From Clostridia bacterium (lineage in GTDB: Bacteria; Bacillota; Clostridia; UMGS1840), in the NCBI GenBank assembly GCA_045540295.1, contig JAZQGY010000019.1, forward strand, positions 2,388 to 66,387: a stretch of 64,000 bases of DNA, read 5' to 3'. A program made the position numbers and the translations under genes. The notes under the pieces were generated by a model. It saw nothing but the letters and a program-made list of their open reading frames with translations. It was not told the DNA's origin and searched no databases. Numbering within the stretch: the stretch's first letter is position 1; every line of letters begins with the position of its first letter. Of the stretch, positions 39,341 through 49,336 are shown piece after piece.

Positions 39341-41152
39341 TTATGCTGCCGGTTCTAAAACATCCGTGGTTTCAAAATTCCCCTGAGGTTGTGCGGTTGC
39401 TTCCGGAACCGGTTCTTGAGTTGGTTCTGCGGTAACTTCCGGAACCGGTGTAGCATCCGGTGTAGCTTGGGAAATAGGATCCGGGGTTGGCGTTGTTTCC
39501 ACAGTAGGAGTAGGTGTAGGTGTGGTTTCAGCAAGTTCGCCGCTTTCGCCCTCTCCGGGAGTTGGTTCCGGCGTTGCCTCCGGATTTTCTTCAGGATTTT
39601 CTTCCGGATTCTCGGTAGGAATACCGGTTTCCACCAATCCTAAATCGGAAGTTTCAATCGTTTTTGCCAAGGGAATATAGTTAGAAACACCTAAATCGTC
39701 GGTCCGTAAAACAGTTCCGTTTTCATCCTTAACAATGCGGTATGCACGCACCTTCAATCCGTCATAACCTGCCTGGGTTACTACTTCTTCTCCGGGTGCT
39801 AAGTTTTCGTTATATTCATATTTTACTCCGCGTGCATAAGAACCTAAATATTCAGTGGTTAATTCCACGGTATTGTTGTTTTCTTTGGTGCCCCAGATTT
39901 CAACGGTCATTACACCGTTGGATGCAAAGGCTTTAATTTTGATGGGGTTTTGTAAGCTATTCTGAAATTTAAAGTCAATGGAACCGTATACCACCGTAGC
40001 ATCAATGCCGGATTTTGCATAGGACACCACAAAATTATGATTTCTGCGTTCTACAATTTTTAAATCGCTGTACAACACAGCAGGATAAATGGTGGAAGAA
40101 ACCTGGCAAATTCCTCCTCCGGTACCGTCAACAACTTTGTCTGCCAAAAAGATTTTTGCATCCTGGAAGCCGTTTTCATAGGAACGTTTTCCAACAACCT
40201 GATTAAATGAAAAAACATCGCCACTGTTTAACACTGTTCCGTTGACTTTCTGAGCTGCTAATTTCACGTTGTTAGACCGAGAAACTTCCCATTCTTTATA
40301 GTTGGTGGAATAGGTTGCCAAACGGTTTGGAAAAGCATCGGTAGATAAATCGTCGGTATACACTTTGGGTTTCAGCACGGTAACCGGAACAGAAAATTCC
40401 AACTCTCCACTTTCTAAAATTTCCGCTAATACTGTTTCTTCTACCGCTAAGCCAACCTGATGCGGTACAACTATTTTTTTCCCGTCCTGCTCGTCAATTC
40501 TGGCATCCATAACCGGAGTATTAATTCCGTTGGCAATTTCCTCCGCAGTAATGGGAGTTGTTGCATCTTTTGATAACATATATTCCGCTTTCACGTTCGG
40601 GTAATCCGAAGCAATTTCATCAAACAGCTTTGTAATGGCGTAAGTCTGAGAATCCGGACGAATCACAACATCTGCCTGATCTCCGTTTACGGTATAGTCA
40701 AAACGCTGCTCCATTAATCCTTCTTGCTCCAGCAAGGTTGCGGTAACAGTAGCAAACATTTCCGTATCCGGATGATAGGTAACAGGCACCTCCCACCCTT
40801 GCCAACGGCACAAAAATGAATCAAAAAAATTATTTTTACCCTTAGCTAAAACATCTGCTAAGGTTTGTTCTTTATCAATCGAAAAACCGGCAGAATTTAG
40901 GTCTAAAGAAATCGTTTTGTCTGCAACCTTTACGGTTGTTGCCTTCGGCTGGGCAATCATTTCATCCAGCATGGCTGAAACTTCTGCCTCTCCTTTGCCG
41001 CCGATATGATTCCCCAGAAAGGTTACTCCGGTATTAACTGTGCCGGAAAAATACGCCTCATACACAGGTGGAATTACCAAACACAGCAACAATACTGCAA
41101 ACAAAGAAACTCCTGTGATTATCATATTTTTTTTGGTAAAAAACTTTTTCAT
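39341..41152 (-). CDS. VanW-domain protein with G5-like module and Pro/Thr/Glu-rich C-terminal tail
   Basis: N-terminal TM helix, VanW-like core (GGGICQVSSTIY), G5-like segment, low-complexity tail. Start at ATG 41152 after GAGGGA (the track start is a TTG). Confidence 0.8.
   Translation of the reverse strand: MKKFFTKKNMIITGVSLFAVLLLCLVIPPVYEAYFSGTVNTGVTFLGNHIGGKGEAEVSAMLDEMIAQPKATTVKVADKTISLDLNSAGFSIDKEQTLADVLAKGKNNFFDSFLCRWQGWEVPVTYHPDTEMFATVTATLLEQEGLMEQRFDYTVNGDQADVVIRPDSQTYAITKLFDEIASDYPNVKAEYMLSKDATTPITAEEIANGINTPVMDARIDEQDGKKIVVPHQVGLAVEETVLAEILESGELEFSVPVTVLKPKVYTDDLSTDAFPNRLATYSTNYKEWEVSRSNNVKLAAQKVNGTVLNSGDVFSFNQVVGKRSYENGFQDAKIFLADKVVDGTGGGICQVSSTIYPAVLYSDLKIVERRNHNFVVSYAKSGIDATVVYGSIDFKFQNSLQNPIKIKAFASNGVMTVEIWGTKENNNTVELTTEYLGSYARGVKYEYNENLAPGEEVVTQAGYDGLKVRAYRIVKDENGTVLRTDDLGVSNYIPLAKTIETSDLGLVETGIPTENPEENPEENPEATPEPTPGEGESGELAETTPTPTPTVETTPTPDPISQATPDATPVPEVTAEPTQEPVPEATAQPQGNFETTDVLEPAA
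39582..39613. repeat. short 12-nt tandem repeat inside the vanW-like gene tail
   Basis: ggattttcttca / ggattttcttcc / ggattctc... encodes ENPEENPEENPE on the minus strand. Confidence 0.6.
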
Positions 41153-41182
41153 AAGAAAATCCCTCAAATGTATTCACAAATT

Positions 41183-42406
41183 TTATTCACAAAAATAGTA
41201 GCTTTTCTGCTCAGCCGAGAGTTCATCCAATCCTGCACCCAAAGCCTGCAGCTTAATCATTGCTATTTTGCGGTTGATTTCTTCGGGCAAATAGTGCATA
41301 CCCGGCATCAGTTCATCTTTATGCTCTTTTAGAAACTGTAATGCCAATGCTTGCACCGAAAAACTCATGTCCATAATTTCCGCAGGATGTCCGTCCCCTG
41401 CTGCTAAATTTACTAATCTGCCTTCTGCCAACAGATGAACTTCGTTGCCGTTTTTTAAGGTGTAAGTTTCAATATTCTGACGAGTTTCTTGGTGAGATGT
41501 GCTTAAAGAAAGCAAATCATCTTTGTTGATTTCAACATCAAAGTGCCCTGCATTAGCTAACACGGCTCCATTTTTCATCACTTGGAAATGACGCTTTGTG
41601 ATAACATCCTTGCAACCGGTTAAGGTCACAAAAATGTCGCCTAATTTTGCGGCATCGTCCATTTTCATCACAGTATGACCGTCCATGACCGCTTCGATGG
41701 CTTTGATTTCGTCAATCTCGGTAATGATTACCTTTGCGCCCAAGCCTTTGGCACGCAAAGCTGCACCACGTCCGCACCAACCGTAGCCAGCAATAACAAC
41801 GGTTTTTCCAGCTACTACCAAATTGGTAGTACGGTTGATACCATCCCAAACGGATTGACCTGTACCGTAACGGTTATCAAATAAAAACTTCATCATTGCA
41901 TCGTTTGCTGCAATAATGGGATATTTAATTTCATTTTTCTGCGCTAAGTTCTTTAAGCGGTTGACCCCGGTAGTAGTTTCTTCTGTACCACCAATCAGTT
42001 TGTCAGCAAGATGAGGCATTTTATGGTGAATAATATCGGTTAAATCACCGCCGTCATCCAAAATCAAATCAGGTCCGTCAGACAAGGATTCTTCCAGGTG
42101 ACGCTGATATTCCTCCATAGAAACACCGTGTTTTGCACATACTCGAATACCGTCTGCACGAAGGGCTTCACACACATCATCCTGCGTAGATAACGGATTG
42201 CAACCGGTAGCTGTCACACACGCACCTGCATTTTTCAGCATTTTTACAAAGCAAGCCGTTTTTGCTTCTAAGTGAATACAAACTGTGATTTTGAGTCCGG
42301 AAAATACCTGTTTTTTTACAAAATCCTTTTCAATTTCTGTAAGCACGGGCATAAACCGTTTTGCCCATGCAATTTTCTTCTGACCGCTTAAAACTAAATC
42401 ATTCAT
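41183..42406 (-). CDS. ahcY: adenosylhomocysteinase
   Basis: 407 aa. Bacterial short form with NAD-binding GYGWCGRG motif. Confidence 0.9.
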   Translation of the reverse strand: MNDLVLSGQKKIAWAKRFMPVLTEIEKDFVKKQVFSGLKITVCIHLEAKTACFVKMLKNAGACVTATGCNPLSTQDDVCEALRADGIRVCAKHGVSMEEYQRHLEESLSDGPDLILDDGGDLTDIIHHKMPHLADKLIGGTEETTTGVNRLKNLAQKNEIKYPIIAANDAMMKFLFDNRYGTGQSVWDGINRTTNLVVAGKTVVIAGYGWCGRGAALRAKGLGAKVIITEIDEIKAIEAVMDGHTVMKMDDAAKLGDIFVTLTGCKDVITKRHFQVMKNGAVLANAGHFDVEINKDDLLSLSTSHQETRQNIETYTLKNGNEVHLLAEGRLVNLAAGDGHPAEIMDMSFSVQALALQFLKEHKDELMPGMHYLPEEINRKIAMIKLQALGAGLDELSAEQKSYYFCE

Positions 42407-42427
42407 AATTCTTTTCCTTTATTGTTC

Positions 42428-43240
42428 TTATATCAGGTGCACAAATTCCGTTAACACCTTCCAAAAAGTTTCGGTGGCCCGTCTTCCTTCTTCCATAACT
42501 TCCTCATGAGAAAGAGGGGTTTTAGAAATACCTGCCGCCAGGTTGGAAATCAACGAAATTCCCAAAACCTTCATGCCGCAATGATTGGCAACAATCACTT
42601 CCGGCACGGTGGACATCCCCACCATATCCGCTCCTAAAATGCCAAGTGCACGGATTTCCGCCGGAGTTTCAAACTGAGGTCCTCCCATCATGGCATAAAC
42701 ACCGGTCTGATAGGTGATACCAAGCTTTTGAAATACTTCTTTGCACAAATCCCGTAATTCTTTCGAATATGCACAAGACATATCGTGAAACCGGGGACCG
42801 AAGGAATCCTCATTAGGACCAAATAAGGGGCTTTGCAATCCCAGTTTAATATGGTCGGAAATGACCACCAAGTCTCCCGGGTGGAAATTGGGGTTGATGC
42901 CACCTGCAGCGTTGGTGAGAATTAAATTTTCTACACCGAGAAGTTTTAACACTCGCACATAAAAGGTTGCTTCCCCCATGGTATAACCTTCGTAGAAATG
43001 AAACCGACCGGACATAAAAATCACATTTTTACCATCCAGTTGGGCAAAAACCATTTCCCCACGGTGTCCCGGTACCGTAGAAATCGGAAAACCGGGAATA
43101 TCCCCGTAGGATACTGTCAGTTTATTGGGTAATTTGTCGATTAAATTGCCGTAACCGGAGCCTAATACCACACAGGTATCATAGGCTCCGCGTATCTTTT
43201 CCTGTAAGAAAGCTGCCGCTTTCTGATAATCAGTCATCAT
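42428..43240 (-). CDS. punA: purine nucleoside phosphorylase (trimeric PNP/MTAP family)
   Basis: 270 aa. GSGYG, GRFHFYEGY, TNAAGG and GMSTVPE motifs. Confidence 0.85.
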   Translation of the reverse strand: MMTDYQKAAAFLQEKIRGAYDTCVVLGSGYGNLIDKLPNKLTVSYGDIPGFPISTVPGHRGEMVFAQLDGKNVIFMSGRFHFYEGYTMGEATFYVRVLKLLGVENLILTNAAGGINPNFHPGDLVVISDHIKLGLQSPLFGPNEDSFGPRFHDMSCAYSKELRDLCKEVFQKLGITYQTGVYAMMGGPQFETPAEIRALGILGADMVGMSTVPEVIVANHCGMKVLGISLISNLAAGISKTPLSHEEVMEEGRRATETFWKVLTEFVHLI

Positions 43241-43251
43241 AAAGACCTCGT

Positions 43252-46200
43252 TTATTTAAAGTAAGCCACACCGGATTCAAAGAGTTTCATATCGAAGGAG
43301 CCATCAATGTTTTTGTACAGGCTGTCAGCAATACGTTCGGAGTGACCCATTTTACCGAAGATTCTGCCGTCTTTAGAGGTGATACCTTCAATAGAGCATA
43401 AAGAACCGTTGGGATTGTATTTAGGATCATATGTGGGATTTCCGTTGGGGTCTACATACTGAGTTGCGACCTGACCGTTTTTAATGAGTTCCTCCAAAAC
43501 AGCTTTAGGTGCGGTAAATCTGCCTTCCCCGTGAGAAATTGCAGTTTTATACACATCCCCTACCTTGGTATTTGCTAACCAGGGAGACAGATTAGATGTC
43601 ACTTTTACGTCCACCATTGTGGAAATATGACGCGGAATGGTATTGAAGGTCAGTGTAGGCCAATTTTCGTTGGGCTCTAATATATCGCCGTACGGAACCA
43701 GACCCAATTTGATTAATGCCTGGAAGCCGTTACAAATGCCCAACATCAAACCGTCTCTCTGATACAGAAGCTTGTGAATAGCTTCTTTAATTTTCGGGTT
43801 ACGGAGTACTGCAGAAATAAATTTACCGCTTCCGTCCGGTTCATCGCCGCCGGAGAATCCGCCGGGAATCATCATAATCTGAGATCTTTCAATCGCGGAT
43901 GCCATAGCATTTACCGAATCCTCTAACATGGAAACCGTCAGGTTTTTAAATACCATAATTTCCGGTTCTGCTCCCGCTTTTTCAAAACGTCTTGCAGAAT
44001 CGTATTCACAGTTGGAACCCGGAAATACGGGAATTAACACCTTGGGTTTTGCCACTTTCACTGAAGAAGTCACGATATTTGCAGTTTTGTATTCGCAATC
44101 TGCAATTTCACCGGAAATTTCGTCTGCATAAGGCGGATATACCTTTGCCAAGGGTTTTTCAAAGGTGTCAGACAGCTGGGCTATGGAGTATTCCTTGCCT
44201 GCCATAACAATCACTTCTGAACCGTTGGTAGTACCAACTAATTCTAAGTCCAGTTCTTTTTCGGCTTCCACCACAAAAGAGCCGTACATTTTGTCAAACA
44301 AACCATCATTTTTCGCAAAGGTGAAACCGATTCGGTTCCCTAAAACCATTTTGGTAACAGCTTCTGCAATACCGCCATAAGAAATAGCAGATGCGGAAAT
44401 TACGGTGCCGTTTTCTAAGTTTTCTTCTAACCAGTGGATGTTGGAAAGAAATTTATCCATATCAAGCAAACCGTTTTCCAAAATGGGAGTTTCCAAAAGA
44501 TATACCTTAGAAGTGTTCTTTTTCATTTCCCGGGAAATAATATTTTTGGTGGAGACAGGAGCAATCGCAAAAGAAACCAAGGTAGGCGGAACATCCATAT
44601 CGTTAAAGGAGCCTGACATGGAGTCCTTACCGCCGATTGCTGCAATTTTAAGCATCTTCTGTGCATGGTATGCCCCGAGCAGAGCCGCAAAGGGTTTTCC
44701 CCAACGAGTGGGTTCTTCTCTTAAGCGTTCAAAGTATTCCTGGAAGGTTAAATAAGTGTCGGAAAGTTTAGCACCTGCTGCAATGATTCTTGCCACAGAT
44801 TCGATCACTGCATAGTATGCACCGTGGAAAGTGGATGCAGAAGACAGTTTGGAATTATAGCCGTAGCTCATCACGGTGGCGGTGGTGGTATCGCCGTACT
44901 CCACAGGGATTTTTGCCGCCATAACATCTTCGGGAGTCAATTCATATTTTCCGCCGAAGGGCATCAGCACGGTTGCCGCACCAATGGTGGAGTCAAAGTT
45001 TTCAATTAAGCCCTTCTGAGAGCAGATATTTAAGTCAGAGAGCATTTCCGTAAGATCGGAAAATTCTCCGCACAATGCATTTTTCAGTTCAATTTTGGGA
45101 ACAGTAACCTTCGCCTGTTTGGAAGCACCGTTGGAATTTAAGAAGGTTCTGGACAGATTTACAATTTTCTTGCCTCTCCAAAACATTTCCAAGCGATTGG
45201 TGTCGGTAACATCGGCAACTAAGGTTGCTTCTAAGTTTTCTTCGTTTGCATAAGCAATGAACTTATCAGCATCTTGTGCTGCAACTACCACAGCCATACG
45301 TTCCTGAGACTCAGAAATTGCCAATTCGGTTCCATCTAAGCCTTCATATTTTTTGGGAACTTTATCTAACTGAATCACCAGACCGTCACAAAGTTCACCA
45401 ATGGCAACGGACACACCACCTGCGCCAAAGTCATTACAACGTTTGATTAAAGTGGTAACTTCTTTCTTTCTCATCAAGCGCTGAATCTTACGTTCTTCCG
45501 GCGGATTCCCTTTCTGTACTTCTGCACCGCAGGATTCCAGCGATTCCATCGTGTGTGCCTTAGAGGAACCGGTTGCACCGCCGCAACCGTCGCGGCCGGT
45601 TCTGCCGCCAAGTAATATAATTTTGTCACCCGGTTGAGGACGTTCTCTTACCACATTTGCTTTGGGAACAGCACCCACAACGGCACCAATTTCCAAACGC
45701 TTTGCAACATAGCCTTCGTCATAAACTTCCCGCACCAAACCTGTTGCCAAACCAATCTGGTTACCGTAGGAGCTATAACCTTTTGCTGCAACTTTAGAGA
45801 TTTTTCTCTGAGGTAATTTTCCGGGCAGAGTTTCTTTTAAAGATTTTCTTGGGTCACCGCTACCGGTAATACGCATCGCTTGGTATACATAGGAACGACC
45901 GGACAGCGGGTCACGAATTGCACCGCCCAAGCAAGTTGCCGCACCACCGAAGGGTTCAATTTCAGTGGGATGGTTATGAGTTTCGTTTTTAAACATAATG
46001 AGGTAAGCTTCTCTTTTGCCGTTGACTTCAGCCTCTACCTCAATGGAACAAGCATTAATTTCTTCCGATTCGTCAAGGTTTTTGAGATAACCCATTTTCT
46101 TCAGTTCTTTTGCTGCGATGGTAGCAATGTCCATTAAGCAAATCGGTTTCTCGCTTCTGCCTAAAGAAATTCTGGCGTTGCAATAGTCCTTGTAAACTTC

Positions 46201-46935
46201 GTTTACCAATTCATCTTCTACACGGATATTGGTCAGATGTGTGGCAAAAGTAGTGTGACGGCAATGGTCAGACCAGTAGGTATCAATCATACGAAGTTCT
46301 GTGAGAGACGGGTCTCTTTGTTCTTCCTCTTTAAAATATTTCTGACAGAAAGAAATATCGTCAAAATCCATAGCAAAACCATAGTCAGAAAGCATCTGTT
46401 TCAAAGCAGCTGCGTCTGCCGAAATAAAGCCGTCAATCACGGCAACATCGTCAGGTTCGGTTATTGCATCCATCAGGCTGATGGGTTTTTCGGCTTTTGC
46501 TTCTCTTGCCTCCACAGGGTTAATGAGATATTTTTTAATTTCTTCTAATTTTTCATCGGACACATCCCCCAGGAAAGCATACACGGTTGCAGTTTTTACA
46601 ACCGGACGTTCTTTCCCGGTAATAACCTGCACACACTGTGCGGCAGAGTCCGCTCTTTGGTCATACTGACCTGGCAGATACTCTGTGACAAATGTTTTTG
46701 CATCGCCTAAATCCACACATTCGTCATACACGTCATCCTGCATAGGTTCAGAGAAGATAACGTACTTCGCTTTTTCATACTCTTCTTTGGTGATGCCACA
46801 AATATCGTAACGAACCAACACACGAACCTTGGTAAGTTCTTTGATGTTTAAGTTTTCTCTTAAGTCTTTGCAAACAGATTTTGCAGCAATATCAAAACCG
46901 TCCTTTTTTTCTGCATAAATTCTGAAAATTTCCAT
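43252..46935 (-). CDS. purL: phosphoribosylformylglycinamidine synthase, single-chain large form
   Basis: 1227 aa. HNHPTEIEPFGGAATC, AIR-synthase-like repeats and a C-terminal glutaminase (GICNGFQ). Confidence 0.9.
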   Translation of the reverse strand: MEIFRIYAEKKDGFDIAAKSVCKDLRENLNIKELTKVRVLVRYDICGITKEEYEKAKYVIFSEPMQDDVYDECVDLGDAKTFVTEYLPGQYDQRADSAAQCVQVITGKERPVVKTATVYAFLGDVSDEKLEEIKKYLINPVEAREAKAEKPISLMDAITEPDDVAVIDGFISADAAALKQMLSDYGFAMDFDDISFCQKYFKEEEQRDPSLTELRMIDTYWSDHCRHTTFATHLTNIRVEDELVNEVYKDYCNARISLGRSEKPICLMDIATIAAKELKKMGYLKNLDESEEINACSIEVEAEVNGKREAYLIMFKNETHNHPTEIEPFGGAATCLGGAIRDPLSGRSYVYQAMRITGSGDPRKSLKETLPGKLPQRKISKVAAKGYSSYGNQIGLATGLVREVYDEGYVAKRLEIGAVVGAVPKANVVRERPQPGDKIILLGGRTGRDGCGGATGSSKAHTMESLESCGAEVQKGNPPEERKIQRLMRKKEVTTLIKRCNDFGAGGVSVAIGELCDGLVIQLDKVPKKYEGLDGTELAISESQERMAVVVAAQDADKFIAYANEENLEATLVADVTDTNRLEMFWRGKKIVNLSRTFLNSNGASKQAKVTVPKIELKNALCGEFSDLTEMLSDLNICSQKGLIENFDSTIGAATVLMPFGGKYELTPEDVMAAKIPVEYGDTTTATVMSYGYNSKLSSASTFHGAYYAVIESVARIIAAGAKLSDTYLTFQEYFERLREEPTRWGKPFAALLGAYHAQKMLKIAAIGGKDSMSGSFNDMDVPPTLVSFAIAPVSTKNIISREMKKNTSKVYLLETPILENGLLDMDKFLSNIHWLEENLENGTVISASAISYGGIAEAVTKMVLGNRIGFTFAKNDGLFDKMYGSFVVEAEKELDLELVGTTNGSEVIVMAGKEYSIAQLSDTFEKPLAKVYPPYADEISGEIADCEYKTANIVTSSVKVAKPKVLIPVFPGSNCEYDSARRFEKAGAEPEIMVFKNLTVSMLEDSVNAMASAIERSQIMMIPGGFSGGDEPDGSGKFISAVLRNPKIKEAIHKLLYQRDGLMLGICNGFQALIKLGLVPYGDILEPNENWPTLTFNTIPRHISTMVDVKVTSNLSPWLANTKVGDVYKTAISHGEGRFTAPKAVLEELIKNGQVATQYVDPNGNPTYDPKYNPNGSLCSIEGITSKDGRIFGKMGHSERIADSLYKNIDGSFDMKLFESGVAYFK

Positions 46936-46963
46936 AATCTGACTCCTGCTATATATATCCTTT

Positions 46964-47719
46964 CTATTGTTCTTTTGCCACTTGATTCTTTAAACTCTGC
47001 AGATACGCCTCCACCGCACCTCTGCGGATGGTGGTCACCCCGGAGAAATCCTGATTCAAAGATTCCTCAAGCATTTCAATCGCTTTTTCGTATTCTCCTG
47101 TTTTTTCTAAAACACAGGCGTAATTGTAATACGCTTCCGGAAAGTTGGGGTTTTTGCCTATCAAAGCAGAATAAATTTCTTTAGCTTTATCATAATCTCC
47201 TTTTCTAAAGAGATACAATCCGTAGTTATCGCAAATCACGGTATGATCCGGATTATACCGATAAGCTTCTTCGTTTACCTTTTCGGCATACTCAGCGTCT
47301 TCGGTAAGAATTGCCATGTACCCGTAGGTCGCATAAAAGTTGCTGTTTACATAGCCGCTTGCTTTGATGGCTTCTAAAATTTCTTTGGCTTCTAAAATCT
47401 CTCTGTTCTGCAAAGCAATAATTGCCATCATGCATCGTGCCTGCCCTTTTACTGCCGGCTTCGCTTTAGCATCCATCAGCAGAAGATTCAGAATTTTTTT
47501 TGCTTCCCGTTCTTCGCCGTATTTCAGTTCAGCATACGCCACCTGAATTCTTTGAGCAGGGGTTAAACCTTGCTGATAAGCTTTTCTGAGTTGTTCCATC
47601 CCCGTTGTGGTATCTCCGGAGAGCACCTCACGCACACCTTTTCGATACGGAATGAGGGAACGCTTTTTAAACAGATAAAACACAATAACAGAAAAAAGTA
47701 TGAAACTAAGAAAAGGCAT
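46964..47719 (-). CDS. membrane-anchored tetratricopeptide-repeat protein
   Basis: 251 aa. N-terminal TM helix followed by several TPR-like repeats (AYYNYACVLEKTGEYEKAIE and others). Confidence 0.7.
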   Translation of the reverse strand: MPFLSFILFSVIVFYLFKKRSLIPYRKGVREVLSGDTTTGMEQLRKAYQQGLTPAQRIQVAYAELKYGEEREAKKILNLLLMDAKAKPAVKGQARCMMAIIALQNREILEAKEILEAIKASGYVNSNFYATYGYMAILTEDAEYAEKVNEEAYRYNPDHTVICDNYGLYLFRKGDYDKAKEIYSALIGKNPNFPEAYYNYACVLEKTGEYEKAIEMLEESLNQDFSGVTTIRRGAVEAYLQSLKNQVAKEQ

Positions 47720-47749
47720 TACTTCTCCATCCTTCCTTGTAGGGTATTT

Positions 47750-49141
47750 TTAGAATTCAGCGGTACCTACTGTTCTGGGGAACGGAAGCACATCACGAAT
47801 GTTGGACATACCGGTGATATACATGATTGCACGCTCAAATCCCAGACCGTAACCTGCATGTTTGTTGGAACCGTATTTTCTTAAGTCCAGATAGAAACCG
47901 TAATCTTCTTCGTTTAATCCCATTTCTTTCATACGTTCCAAAAGAACGTCCATTCTTTCTTCTCTCTGGCTACCGCCGATAATTTCGCCAACACCGGGAA
48001 CCAGACAGTCCATCGCAGCAACGGTTTTACCGTCATCATTCAAACGCATATAGAACGCTTTGATATCCTTGGGATAGTCGGTCACGAAAATCGGTTTCTT
48101 AAACACGGTTTCGGTTAAATAACGCTCGTGTTCCGTCTGTAAATCAATTCCCCATTTAACGGGATACTCAAATTTTTCGCCACAATTTTCTAAAATTTCA
48201 ACTGCTTCGGTGTAGGTCACTCTGCCGAAATCGGAATTTGCCACAAAGTTCAACCGTTCCAAAAGGGTCTTATCCACAAAGTTGTTGAAAAACTCCATTT
48301 CTTCAGGAGCATTTTCTAAAACATAACGGATAATGTACTTAAGCATTGCTTCCGCCAATTCCATATCGTCATTTAAATCTGCAAATGCAATTTCAGGCTC
48401 AATCATCCAAAATTCTGCGGCATGACGGCTGGTGTTGGAATTTTCTGCACGGAAGGTAGGACCAAAGGTGTACACTTTCTTAAATGCCATTGCATAAGTT
48501 TCCACGTTTAACTGACCGGAAACGGTTAAGTTGGTAGATTTTCCGAAAAAGTCTTCAGAAAAATCAACTTTGCCATCTTCTGTGGGTAAGTTATTTAAAT
48601 CCAAGGTGGTTACACGAAACATTTCCCCTGCACCTTCGCAGTCACTGCCGGTGATAATAGGAGTATGCACATACACAAAACCACGTTCATTAAAGAACTG
48701 ATGAATTGCAAACGCAACCATGGAACGGATACGGAATACTGCAGAAAACAGATTGGAACGGGGACGTAAGTGTGCAATCTGACGAAGATATTCCACACTG
48801 TGACGTTTTTTCTGCAAAGGATAATCAGGAGTAGAAGTTCCTTCAATAATGATTTCTTCTGCTTGAATTTCAAAGGGCTGTTTGGATTCGGGAGTTTCCA
48901 ACAGGATTCCTCTCACTCTTAAAGCTGCACCAACATTTAATGCAGCAATTTCAGCATAGTTATCCAGTTTTTCCTGGCTGAAAACGATCTGAATATTTTT
49001 GAAAAATGTACCGTCGTTTAATTCAATAAAGCCGAAAGCTTTGGAATCACGAATCGTTCTTACCCAACCGGTAACAAACACTTCCTGATTGTCTAATGAT
49101 GTGTGTGTTTTGTAAAGTTCTTTAATTTCTGTGGTACGCAT
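47750..49141 (-). CDS. asnS: asparagine--tRNA ligase
   Basis: 463 aa. Class IIb synthetase motifs ([33 protein letters not shown]). Confidence 0.95.
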   Translation of the reverse strand: MRTTEIKELYKTHTSLDNQEVFVTGWVRTIRDSKAFGFIELNDGTFFKNIQIVFSQEKLDNYAEIAALNVGAALRVRGILLETPESKQPFEIQAEEIIIEGTSTPDYPLQKKRHSVEYLRQIAHLRPRSNLFSAVFRIRSMVAFAIHQFFNERGFVYVHTPIITGSDCEGAGEMFRVTTLDLNNLPTEDGKVDFSEDFFGKSTNLTVSGQLNVETYAMAFKKVYTFGPTFRAENSNTSRHAAEFWMIEPEIAFADLNDDMELAEAMLKYIIRYVLENAPEEMEFFNNFVDKTLLERLNFVANSDFGRVTYTEAVEILENCGEKFEYPVKWGIDLQTEHERYLTETVFKKPIFVTDYPKDIKAFYMRLNDDGKTVAAMDCLVPGVGEIIGGSQREERMDVLLERMKEMGLNEEDYGFYLDLRKYGSNKHAGYGLGFERAIMYITGMSNIRDVLPFPRTVGTAEF

Positions 49142-49227
49142 GGTCTTCCTCCATATCTATTCTTTTTTCATAACAAGACTGGTTTGGATTTGGTATATAA
49201 TTATATCAATCCATAAAGTGATATTTT

Positions 49228-49236
49228 ATTATAACA
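49228..49236 (-). promoter_or_regulatory. candidate extended -10 element for asnS
   Basis: Minus strand TGTTATAAT. There is no good -35, and the implied leader is about 80 nt. Confidence 0.35.
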
Positions 49237-49285
49237 TAATAAAATCGTAAAAGGAAGTCTTTTTTGCAATTTTTTTTAATTTTTT

Positions 49286-49314
49286 GCATATTTTTTTCGA
49301 ATTTTTTCAAAATA
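49286..49314 (+). promoter_or_regulatory. candidate forespore (sigma-F/G type) promoter of the germinant receptor operon
   Basis: GCATA (49286-49290), 17-nt spacer, CAAAATA (49308-49314), compared with the recalled sigma-G consensus GHATR-N17/18-CATXHTA; 22 nt upstream of ATG 49337. Confidence 0.4.
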
Positions 49315-49336
49315 AACAAAAAAGGGGGTATTTTTT

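Noticed and set aside
39582-39613. 12-nt tandem repeat considered as a possible CRISPR or minisatellite
   Set aside because: It lies in frame inside the vanW-like gene and encodes ENPE repeats. There are no spacers and no cas genes, so it is a coding low-complexity repeat.
49142-49336. Possible T-box leader upstream of asnS
   Set aside because: The implied leader is only about 80 nt. I found no specifier-loop and antiterminator architecture, and no conserved T-box sequence (AANNNGGGTGGTACCGCG-like).
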